From NCBI GenBank assembly GCA_013265495.1, contig MU058781.1, forward strand, positions 8,847,009 through 8,911,008: a DNA stretch of 64,000 nucleotides. Direction: 5' to 3'. A program made the translations under genes and the position numbers. This document shows positions 12,176-23,837 of this stretch, piece after piece. Each line of letters starts with the position of its first letter. Positions within the stretch are counted from its first letter, which is position 1. The DNA comes from Vicugna vicugna (taxonomy: Eukaryota). The notes under the pieces are model-generated. The model made no database searches, was not told the origin of the DNA, and saw nothing but the letters and a program-made list of their open reading frames with translations.

Positions 12176-13509
12176 GTTTACAATAAATATGGGAATGGAA
12201 GTATGTATCAGTTATAGGAGTAGAACAGGGTTACGTGGGCCACAGAAGGTTTCACTCCGAATGGAGTTTAATTTTGAATGATAAATAAGAATTTTCCAGG
12301 CAAGCTATATACCATATTGTAAATATTCTAAGAAACATTTAATTACATACTTTTTATGGGTGAATTATATGGATTGTGAGTTATATCTCAAACTGTATTT
12401 AAAATACTTAATGGTAATGATATAGGTTGTCTTTTTTTTTTCTTGCTTCATCATATATCTTAGATTAGTTGAAAAAAATAACAATGTAAAGTTTAGCATT
12501 TTAAATATGCATATACTTCCTAACAAAGCTACAGTCTGAGAGGGCTTCTGACTGATAACTGTCATTGTGAGCGCAGAGACATCTGAATGCAAGTATTAAT
12601 TTATTTTATAGTCTCACACACTGAGTGACTTTGTTAAGCAGTTTTATATGTTCAAAACCAGGAAGAATACGATGGTTAATTTGATCACTGCAAGGCGATA
12701 AAAATGAGGTTTAACATTTCTTTTAAAAATGTACCATACATAAGATTGCTTTTTAAAAGTAAGCCTGTTTTCATTCATTGTTTTTATCTTTCCTTTTCAA
12801 GTTCATTAAAAATTAACCAACACCAAGATGATTACCAGCTTGTAATAGGAGAGCTCCATGTGAAAACACCAGCCAGGAATAATGTTTTGTTGATCTTTTA
12901 GCCATTCTCTGGCCCTTGCCAATAAAATAGTCACCATCTATATTTTAAGCAGCCTTGATCCATCAACCCTGAAATTAAAAATGACCTTTTTATTAAAATA
13001 GATACCTTTTCTATGCTAGGTACTACCGGCGCTCCTCGAGAGACATGCATGTGTGCTCACAGACACGAGACCTACACACGCCTGTGTGCACACGTGCCCT
13101 CACACCCCTGCCTGTCTCTGCAGACTCTCTTACCCAGCTCAGAGCCTCAGGTTGCTTGTGGCTGCCATTCTTGGTTAACCTGCACCCTGTACCCCATTTA
13201 TAAATTATTTCAGTAAGAATATACATTGTGATTCCAATCCAAAGCTCCAACAGCCTTTTAGAAATACAGCCCCTGGTGGGACTACCTATAGAGTGCCTGA
13301 TCTTATGTATGTATTTACTTATATATTCATAGATAATTTTTCACTGTTCCAAAAATGAAGGCAGGCTGATTATATGCTTGTTTACCTGCTTTAATAAGTG
13401 CTTTTTTAACCTGCTTTAGCCAAATGGAACTATTACTAATTAAAAATTTGACTTCCTATCAGATAGCAGCTGTATTTTGAATGTCTTTCTTCTCAGGTTG
13501 ATGAAGTTT

Positions 13510-13810
13510 CTGACTCACACGTGTGTGTCCATGTTCGGCAGCGTGCTTAGCCCGGTGCTAGTCCTTGCAGGGATCCAGAGAGACGAGGAAAACAACCCCT
13601 GTTCTCCTCGAGCTCCCTGTTACAGGCTCACTATCATGTTGCAAGGTTGTACCAAGGAAATACTTCGGTCACGCCGGGAACAGACTGCTGTAGAGTCATA
13701 GAGGAAGGAGGAGTCTCTTGCACTGAACCTGTAACTCTAAGCTGAACAATAAAAATAGGGAATTTTTGAAGGGGAGGAGACCAGAGGTTATTCTTAACCA
13801 GCAGTGCTGA
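13510..13810 (-). mobile_element. L2 fragment
   Basis: ccggtgctagtcc...cccctgttctcctcgagctc...ctaagctgaac. Confidence 0.45.
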
Positions 13811-14397
13811 GTGAGAAGAAGGACAGAAGGAAAAACGAAGCAGAAAATAAGTGCTTTGTCTCTTTGGGGTGCATTAATCTGTGTTAAGTTGTGATCCTTT
13901 TCGTAAGAGAAATGCAGACTTTGATTAAGGGGCAAGTTGTTTTTGGTCTTTTTCACTTTTATGTTCTAGTGCCTACCATTATAAAGTTGCAAAGTCTGTA
14001 GTATGAAGCTGTAGATAATTACTAGTGGGGAATCTTATTTTGAGAGCCAAAGGGAAAAAAGCCACCAGATTTATTCTCCTTGCTAGCTATTAACGCTTTA
14101 ATTTGTAAATTGCCACACTGGAACAAGACAGCACTTCATCTGCACAGCATCCTGTTTACAGTAGTAGAACGCCCTGTGTGTTTCCAGCAGAAACCGCTCT
14201 GCCCTTTCTGGCCCGGGGTCATGTTTGCTGGGAACCCCTTTCAAATTTATTTTTTGCAAATCAGTACAAGTTACTGCTCCTTTACTTACTAGTAAAGGGA
14301 ATTACATTGTTGGAAAGCTATTTTATTTATTGGTAAGTTCCCATAATGTGTATGAAAATGCTACCATGAACTTTACTCTCCAAAGAAGACTATTACA

Positions 14398-14548
14398 TCA
14401 TTTATGTGTTGAGTGCTTACATACAAGCACGTACTGGATTATCTTATTTAATTTTCGCAGTAGCCCAGCAGCCCTATGAGGTGGGTATTACTAGTATCTC
14501 CATTCTGCAGATGAGAAGACCAAGGCACAGAGATTGAGTGAAATTCCG
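14398..14548 (-). mobile_element. MIR
   Basis: cagccctatgaggtgggtatta...ccattctgcagatgagaagaccaaggcacagaga. Confidence 0.8.
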
Positions 14549-15818
14549 TTTCACAAATTGTGTGATTTGTTAAGGTGTGCTGCTTTTTTACCGCAGCATG
14601 TATGTTGAAAGTTAGTTAAAACTGAGTCCTGCCCCTTTAGAAAACAAAGGTTTTTTTGTACAATTTTTTTTCCCTTCCACTGTTGGAGAATCTTGATATT
14701 CAGGTGTGAAAAACCTGAAAGGCAGAGAATCAAAACAGAAGGCCAACACAGTTACTATAGGGTCCGCAGTGATAAAGGTTGCCCTGCCTCCCACAGCCTT
14801 ATCCAGGGAAGATGCTGAGTGAGGAGGTGCAGAGCCTTCTGACTAAATACCCAGCAAAGAAATGTCACTGTTTTGTGAAGGACATCTTCAGATAATGTGT
14901 TAGCTACTTATTTTTCTGCTAAATAAAATATTCATCAACTCCAGTTTCAGTTTAGTTATTTATCTGTATATAACAAGGTTATCTACCTGTAAATTCCTGG
15001 TAGAGAAGGTAAAGAATATCCATGAGTAATGTCATTTGGTTGTTTGAATTTCTTAGTCTGAAGGATTTTTTTTTTAAACAGATGCTAAGAAGGTGAGTGG
15101 TTTGAATTAGTCATTCTTTTCTTCCACTTTGGTGAAAATACTAACATTCATAGTCAGTGGAAAGAAAATAGAGGATCAAAGGACACGGGTGATAAAAATG
15201 CATGACTGACCCCTGAATAGCTAAGAGGTCACTGTGGAATTAGGTGGCTCTTTGACTCTGTAAAATCCCTCAAAATATTGTTCTAACGATGAAGTGAGAT
15301 AATAGAACTGCTAGTGCAGGACTATGAAAACTCAGAACTGTGGGACACACTCAGGTTGTTGAAGGGCAGCCCCTTTCTGGACATTTTTATCTCTTCTGGA
15401 TTCTGCGCTCGTACGCACCCGTCTCCCTCCCCTTCTCCCTCCCCCCAACCTTTTTCCTTCCCCGCCATTGATGGGCCATTAATTAGTCACATTTTTACTT
15501 ATTGCTCACATCTATGGTTTTGTTTCCAGTTTTCGTTTTGTCACTCTTTTTCCTACCCACTTTATATCCTTGGAGGAATTTAAAACCATCTCTGGGTTTC
15601 CTCATGTGTTTCCCTCCAGTTTGCTCTCTTTAACTTTGCAAGACAGATTCTTCTTCCTGCTCTTCCCTGATTTCTGTTCTTTCGAACTCTGCAGCTGAAA
15701 GGCAGATATCGGGGGGTGACCAGGGGTGAACTGGTTGGCTTCACTGTCTGATACCATGCCTTTTGCATGGTAGTACTCAAACATAAGTGTTCACTAACTA
15801 CCTGAAAAAGAAACAGGG

Positions 15819-16186
15819 CAGCAACATGGTTGCTCCTGGAGAATGTTGTTCTAAGTGAAGTAAGCCAGAAAGAGAAGAAAAATACCATATGAGATCACTC
15901 ATATGTGGAATCTAAAAAGATAAACAAACAAACAGAGCATAAATACAAAACAGAAATAGACTCATAGACATAGAATACAAACTTGTGGTTGCCAAGGGGG
16001 CAGAGGGTGGGAAGGGATAGACGGGATTTCAAAATTGATGAATAGATAAACAAGATTATATTGTATAACGGAGAAAATGACAATGAATATATGTATGTTC
16101 ATGTATAACTGAAAAATTATACTCTACTCTGGAATTTGACACAACATTGTAAAATGATTATAAATCAATAAATAATGTTAAAAAAA
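15819..16186 (+). mobile_element. 5'-truncated lineage-specific (camelid-type) L1 with poly-A tail and TSD
   Basis: ORF2 end (gcaacatggttgctcctggagaatgtt...), 3'UTR, AATAAA at 16167-16172, A-tail; TSD aaaaagaaacaggg (15805-15818) / aaaaagaaaccggg (16187-16200); same family as the L1 at 61883-62487. Confidence 0.92.
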
Positions 16187-16669
16187 AAAAAGAAACCGGG
16201 GAGTTACAGGTATTTAAAAAAAAAGTGTTGACTTACTCTGAATTTGGGAACTTTATTCAAGTACACAGGACCACATGGCTTCGACAGTTCGCCTTAAATA
16301 TTGCTGTTCCTCCTGCTAATGGAAGAAGGCAGAATAGAAAATGCTTTGAGGCAAGGGAAGAGTGGTGTTTATTTGGAGGTACTCAGAAACCTTCTTACTC
16401 TTCAGACATCACATGCGTTTATCTCTGTTTTGTCACCTAAGAGAGTAGTGACCATGAGGATATATCTCTTACATGAAATCCTCCAAAAGCAATGTGAAAT
16501 TCCCACTTATCATCCCGGAGTGATGCAGGTGACGTTCCTTCTGAGATCCTAGCTGATTGGTCTGTTTTCAGCTATGCTGTTTGCTTAACACTTGTGAGTG
16601 TTCGTCTGAGGGAGACCATTCCCTGATTTGTGAAAATGATGAATGTTTTCTCCTTCCATCTCTTTAAAG

Positions 16670-16815
16670 GAAATGGCAAAAATCCTCAATCATCCCCGAG
16701 TCTATGCTTTCCTGCACATACCGGTCCAGTCTGCCTCTGACACGGTGCTCATGGAAATGAAAAGAGAATACTGCGTGGCTGACTTCAAAAGAGTCGTGGA
16801 TTTTCTGAAAGAGAA
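16670..16815 (+). CDS. CDKAL1: Internal coding exon of CDKAL1 (threonylcarbamoyladenosine tRNA methylthiotransferase), radical-SAM domain; phase 0 start, phase 2 end
   Basis: Acceptor ttttctccttccatctctttaaag (AG 16668-16669) and donor AA|gtaagt (GT 16816-16817). The 146 nt are stop-free and translate to [48 protein letters not shown](K). This matches remembered mammalian CDKAL1 and the MiaB/RimO-family LHxPxQSxSDxVLxxMxRxY motif. I did not find the neighbouring exons in the window. Confidence 0.96.
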
Positions 16816-19800
16816 GTAAGTCTGTTAGCACTTAAGAAAATAACCATTTCTTTTTTCTTTTAAAAGCATGTGGCAAAAATGCGCTGACGGTAGCCACAAT
16901 TAAAGGTACAGAGAAAGAGGCAAGACTTTCGAAGCTTTCAAAGCCTTTCAGTGTTCCTTAGACACCCTTGATGTGGTTTCTTCTCTCCCCTCAGTTTACA
17001 TGCACCTTCCATCTGGGCATCACACGCCGTTCACTGGCAGCCAGTCCCCCATCTCTCTAAGGTTATGTGCGCGGTGATGTCTCTCTACCTGACCTAGCAG
17101 ATGAAAACTGCCTTAGCTTTGCTCTGCTTAAACCTTCTTTAATGTGGCCTTCTGAAGTTGTCAGCTGCTTTTGATATGGAGGTAGCTCAAATCATGTCAC
17201 TACAAAAGAGATAATTTTATACAAAATAGCATTTTTTGAAGAGGATCTGAGAATGTTTCTGCCTCTACACACTTATCCCTGGAGTATTCTTGAAGAATTG
17301 AGATGTATAAGGCGGTCTGGGGATTCTGTTTTTTTAAAGTTCAAGTTGCCATGGACCAAAATTAAGGCATATTTACCCAGTCTCAGACGTGAATGATAAT
17401 TTTGTTTCCACAGAAAACACTTGCAGCCTATAATTATATTCTTCAAAATCCCACTTCTCATCATCACCAAACACTGAATGCCTTCTGTGATTATACAAGG
17501 CAGGAAATGGTGCAGGCCAAGGTCATCGCGAAGTTCTCAAGTCTGGGGCCCTGTTCCCCCCTCTGGGGCTGTGTCATTTATCTTGGCATATTTGTGGCGT
17601 GGCTCTTCCTACTTTCCACAATTTTTTCCCATAATTTTTCCCTCTGTTGTGTTTCTTAATTAAAATATAACTTTATTTCCATCTTCTTGTTTATAATTAT
17701 GTACCTTTGTACCGAGTACTACATGGATATGATTGCTTTATACAAATTGGAAGCAATTATTTTTTCCACCTTCAGTTAATCGCTTGTCCTGACTGTATAC
17801 AAATCTTTTAAAAATCTTTTTCTTCTATTTTCTTTCTCTGTCCTTCCTCATCTTCCCTTTATATGTCCCCCACCCCTATCCCCACCCCCGGCATGTCTTG
17901 ATTATCCTCACCACCAGAAATAAAGACACGTAGTGTGCATTCAAGCAAATACAGCTAATTGTTTGAATATTCAAATCAGTCAGTAGAAAGTATATTTATT
18001 CTAGGATGAATTTTACTTGTATACTCATTGAGTATATACAACTTTCACAGTAGAAAACAGAATAATGATGGATCTCTCTCATCTCTAATACTTCCTGATC
18101 TTGAACAGAACTGAGGGCAAGGCTGAAGAGTAAGAATGTTTATGTTGGATGTCTCTCATTGGCCTGTCCCTCCTTTGCATTTATTTCTAGCTTGTTATAG
18201 GTAAACTTGTGTCATGGAAGAGAGACTTTTGGGCACGCTGGCACTGGTAAATGGCATGTTTTCAAAACTGCAAATAAATACTTACACCTGTGAAGTTTCT
18301 TGCCTCTTGCTTATTAGAGCAGTAGCAGATGGTGCACACAGTTCATAGCTGTTGCACAAGATTTTTCCGAGTGTAGGCATGCATCCTGTTATGCAGAGTA
18401 GACTAGAACACTTTCCAAAAGTTACACTGATGTGATTCAAGGAGATTAAGGAATCAACACTTCTCCACCTCTGTTTGGGTGAGTGCTGACTCAGTTGTTT
18501 GGGGGAATTACTGCGACTGCTTAACTAGGCAATGACTTCTCAACAAGGTCTAGCCTTTTGTGTTACTCCAGAGTTGGACCTTTTAAATCTGTTGCATCTT
18601 GAACAGTTTCAACAGCATCCATGAGCTAAATAGGGGTCAAAAGATGATCACATCAAAGGATTTGAGAAAACAGCGCTAAGCTCATTGTTATTTCTTTGAT
18701 TTCTGAACTACCCTGAGGCATCCATGTGGCTTTTCTAGAACTATCCCAACTGTCTGGAAGACTCCAGAGCCAAGTAATCTACCCAGGGCTCCAGGGTTGG
18801 AAATACTGGAGATCCCAGAAAGAGGAAATTAGAGATGCCTGGAGAAGACACCCCGTCTCACCGATCCATCCACAATTTCAGTTTCAAGTGCTGTGAATCA
18901 CTGGAATTGTAGAATAGAAGTTAAGACAGTTAGCATCTCCAGGTGATGTTTTAAAAATTAACTCTGGGCTATATATAGTTTTAGACAGTTCATCAGCACC
19001 AAAGAATTGTATGTCTCATCCAGTCCATTCTGTTGCTTGTGAGAAACAGTGGAGCCTCACTCATCTGAGGACTCTCTGACCTAACTCTGCTCCTCAGTGG
19101 GTAAGTTTTCCTGTCCTCAGGGAAGTCCATCCATCCAGGGAGTCATTTCCAACTATGATGGGCATTTAGAAATAAATGGAAAATTATAAGCAGACTTCTG
19201 CTCTACGTGTTTACTTTCCCCTATAAAAAAAACTAGCATAGCTTTATGCCACATTAGATTCGTGCTTATTGGAAACATCCAAGTTTCAGAGGTTTCTATA
19301 GAACCCCTAGTCTGGATAACTGATCCGCACAAAATTGTTCTGTCCAATTTTTAATCAAAATTTAATGCAGTATTGTCATTCTTAGAACGAGGGTCTAACA
19401 CTACCACTGTTTTATGCATCACGCTCATTCAGACAGTGGCTCTCACTCAAAGTTGTGCGTCTGGTGCTCTGTTCTTCTGTTTTTTAGCTTCTGTGTACAT
19501 GTGGCCCTTTTCATTTACCTCTTGTTTCCTCTGAAGCCTTTGAAGTCCGTTTTTTGTAATGAGCCTTTAACAAACAAAAGTCTCATTTATTTATTCTCCA
19601 GCAGTGTGAGGCTTCTCGAATATTCATGTTACAAATTTAGGGACACAAGACATTTCCTGATCTATTTCCTCAAAAAATCCAATCTGTAAAAAAAAACAAC
19701 CGACAGCATTTAAGACTGAAATCCAAGCTATAGGATCTTACCTGAAGCTGCAGGCCCTCCAACCACTGATGCAGCGGTATTTGTCGTGCCATGTTGCACA

Positions 19801-22599
19801 AACAGCGGAGGTGAAGGCTTTTTAATTAATTTGCTTTATGGTTGAAATTGGCCTGTGTTTTAGCTGGGAGCAGAAGAAGTTCACATACGAGCCAACTTGC
19901 AGCTGATTCTTATTCTCTTCAGTTGGCTGAAAGTTGGCAGCTCCTATCATAACAGCAGCTGGATTGGAGATAACCTCGTAGTGCTGGCACATGTTGGGGC
20001 ATATGGGAATTTATTAAATCATGCAACCTTTGCAAAGAAAAGTGTCTCAATTACTTAATATACTAATTTAAAACAGCTGGTCATGAGCAGACACTCATAA
20101 CGGAAACGATTCTATTCAGATTGATTAATCCAGTTGGAAAATTAACTAAGTAATTTGATGTTTTTATTTAAAGGGATAAGATGATTCCTTAAAATACATG
20201 ATGGGCTTTGGAGGGATATGGAGGAAAACTACACAGAACAAAAGCAAGAGATGTGATTCTGGTTTTAGATGTATGTTTTTATAATTTTTAGTAAAGACCT
20301 CATAAATTTTACTACTTTTATTACAGGTCACTTACCTGCCTTCTCTGTTATCTTTTTCACATAATACTGAGATTAAAACAAGTTTAAAACTCGAATCATT
20401 AATTTTTGCTTTCTCATGTAGTTTTAAAGACTTCCTTTCCCATTGAGAAGGTTTTTCACTCTGGTATGTAAGGAGGATATAATTAGGGCTCCCAGGACCT
20501 TGGGGCCTTGGACATAAACTTTAATTGGGTTTTCCCCGTTTGAGCAGCATTGAATGTACTCATTCACTCCCCAACATATATTCACATCGGTTTTTTTAAA
20601 AATTGGTGCAGCATGAAAGTTCTCCTCTCAAGCATATGTTCTAATGCTCAGTAGAAGAATCACTGAGCCTTCCAATTCACACATGAAAGTAAGAAAGAAG
20701 TATCTAAGAATGTCCCTTTGATAGATACAGTTTAAGAAATGAAATGGTTTGTATATCAAAAGACCTAACTGTTGACACAGATTATTTTGTTAGCAGTCCA
20801 GTGGCCTTTTGGTGTATGTTTACTAGATCTTAAACTTGGGAGACAAGATCCATCTCCCTCAGTCAGTAAAATTGGAATGAAGTAATGCCCAGTTGTGTTC
20901 TTGCTTGCAAGTTGCACGTATCTAAATTAAGTTGCACCATACTGTAGCAGCCTTGTCTTGACTTTTACTTCTATGTTATCATTTGTCTCAGAATTTGCCA
21001 TGATCATTTGTCAATGTACTACGTACTTCTGGATTAATTCCTCTTGTTTCCCACAGGACACTAACCCTTTTAGCCCTGAAGTACCCATTTACACACCCAG
21101 AGATTTCCAAGTGAAATGCCACAACCAGTAACTAACGGGCACTCGGGTGAAGAGGAACATTTTAGTGGGAAGAACATATTTGAGGGGAAGTGGCCGCCTT
21201 GCACAGAAAGTTCCATCCTCTGATCTCTGCCCTGTACACTCAGACGGTGGAGGGGCACAGGGCCACGAAGCCAGGGTCACTTTGGCAGGATGATGTCTCT
21301 AAGAGCATCCCAGAGTTATCTCTCTGTCCAGCCTGTCCTGTGACCTCCTTTTCCAGTCTGTCTGCAAATAAAAAAAACAGTGATGCTAACTCATTAACAT
21401 CCTACATTCTTTTTCTCCCTTTCATCGGTCCCAATCATCCACGTGTTCGTCCTGGAGCACAATCTGATAAAAGACAAGTGAGGTTAAATTTTTATTTTAT
21501 TCTGTTTTTTTTTCCCCTCTGTCTAGCTTTATTCCTAACGGCTTGGAAACATAAATAGCAATGTTTGTCAGAATAGAAGAAAAGAACATTGCAAATAAAA
21601 AGAACTATTCAGCAACGATTCAATAATTGAGTTTTCTTCCAGATGCATTTCCAGATGTGTTTCTGTTCACTGAATAACCACCTCCAAAATAATTTAGGCA
21701 AACACTTCCCTCAAAGATGTTTTCTGGCTTTACTTCATCATTTTTAGTATCTTTAACTGGGTTGTTGTTTGGGGAGTCCCTCGGGTCTTGTTCATGCTTT
21801 TATCTTTCGTCAGATTTCTTTCTGAGGTAGTGAAGTTCTGTTCTTTTCCCTTCCCTCCCTTGCTACTGTTAAATTTTTTCAAGAGAATGAATACATACAA
21901 TTGGAACAGTTATCTAGTAGAAAAACACTAATTTTTTCCTTTTGCAACCCAAGATTGTATTTACATTTGGAAGATGTTCACATCATGTGCTAAATACCAT
22001 ATTATTTGGGGATTCCCCTAAGTTTGATTTATTGGTTGAAGGTAATTAAATTTTCTATTGACTTAAATTTTCCTTCTAGCTTGGTAAAGAAAGAAATCTC
22101 ATCTTCCCTAATCTTTTTCTACCTTTTCTTGTATTATGATTTTTTTTTCAGAAACTAAGAAGCTACCTTCCCTTAATCCCCTGTATGTTTTCTTCATCTC
22201 AGTGTTTTGTTGTAAACATAAGGGTCACATATCTATGAAGTCATATACTAATAGTAAGCATTTTTCCTTTTGGAGTGCTACTTTTATTCCACAGGGCTCA
22301 CATATTGTCATGATGTTGTCACAAAAACCTAGGCGAATAGGTAGGCTAGGTATTTTTAATCTGTACTTTAAAGTGATGGTCACAGTTCACATGGTTAAAA
22401 AGACTTGTTGAAATCCCATACTGACTTAACGTACAATGGGACTAGCTCCTCAGTTTGGCCTGTGAAACAGGCTTCCTTCCAACACTAATAATACATGGTA
22501 ACTAAATGATTCACTTTTTCATTTATCAGTTTTATGCCCAGCACTATAATAATTGGAACAGTAACAATACCAATATCAACACTTCACATGCTAACAGTA

Positions 22600-22800
22600 A
22601 GAAAACCGGTAACTAATATTTCTGAGTTTTACTTTTGTGCCCATTACTACTTTGAGGGCATTGCATGTGTTAGCTTATTAAATCCTTAAGGCTCAAGGAG
22701 GTTAAGTGATTTCCCCATGGTCATGCAGTTAGTGACAGAACCTTGATGAAAACTCAGGTCATGTTAGTCTTGAGCTGGAACCCAATGATCATACTGTGTT
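22600..22800 (-). mobile_element. MIR (internally deleted)
   Basis: aaggctcaaggaggttaagtgatttccccatggtcatgcagttagt. Confidence 0.7.
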
Positions 22801-22829
22801 GTTGTTCTCATCTAAGTCATATCTCTCTA

Positions 22830-23350
22830 GGTACAGAGATGATGAGTCGGATTCAGCAAATATTGAGATAAAATTTGCAGTGTGTGGTTGGAGGGGAAGA
22901 GGAGGAAGGTAGGCGTGAGCATCACTGATGGCTCCTTGATGTTTTGTCTCTAGACACAGTAGAGGATGATGTAGTTAACCAAGACAGGAGAAGGAGGAAT
23001 TTGGGTGGGAAAGATAACAGCTTTGTTTTGGATATACTGAATCTGCAGTGCCCGTGTAGAAAACCCAAGAGCTCCTATGGCCTGTAGAAAATAAGGGTGA
23101 GCAGCCCCTGGGGGCGACGGGAGTGTAGAGAGAAAGGGCCATCTATGTGTGGGCAGCAGATGAAGCTGTGGGCGATGAGATCCTCCAGGAGAAAGGCATC
23201 TCGGGAGCGCCAGTACTTGAGTGATGGGAAAGGAAAGGATCCGGGACAGAGGTTGAAACGGCAGGGTCAGGCCAGCATAGGAGGGGACCTGGGAGGGAGT
23301 GACACCATGGAAGCCCAGGGATGTTGCAGTTTTAGGAAAACAAAAATGGT
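22830..23350 (-). mobile_element. L2 fragment
   Basis: ttgttttggatatactgaatctgcagtgcc...gatgagatcctccagg...accatggaagcccagg. Confidence 0.6.
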
Positions 23351-23837
23351 AAGGGTCAAATGGCAATTAGAGTTGCTTCCTGTAAGCAGACGTGGGGCTC
23401 GGTGCTCTGGGTTCTGTGAGGGAAAAAACAAAACAAAGCTATTGTTAGGTTACGTTCTTTGTCAAATACTGAGCTGAGGTAATGGCTAAGATGGGAGCCA
23501 GCCTTTCTGGTCCTCTGTTGATTACTGCACAGTCCTAGCATGATGCTGCATTTGTCCTCCTCGACCCCCGTCTGGCTGCACCGTGTACATGGCATCCAGA
23601 GGCCCAGGAGCAGGAAGCTGGGATAATACGATTTTGTCAAAGAACAGCGCTTACTCTGGAACCAGTGAGATTAAGGCTTAGAGTAGTATTTCTCAGTCTG
23701 CTTTAATTAAAGTTCTCTTTGCATACGGAAGAACATCCTCTGAGATTTGCAGAGAAACTGATATGTTCCCTTTAGTGGAACAGAATACTCTGCCTTCTTA
23801 GAGATTCTGTGTTCTCTGAACCCCCGCTGGCTAGTAG

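Larger units (their letters stand above)
1..16669 (+). other. CDKAL1: CDKAL1 intron upstream of the exon (partial)
   Basis: Ends at the exon acceptor; repeat-rich with no other recognisable CDKAL1 coding sequence. Confidence 0.85.

Noticed and set aside
13040..13110. Alternating purine-pyrimidine palindromes (acatgcatgt, gtgtgcacac)
   Set aside because: Looks like a decayed (CA/TG) microsatellite; too interrupted to claim Z-DNA or a functional hairpin
18484..18494. MARE/ARE-like motif TGCTGACTCAG
   Set aside because: A single short motif with no further support
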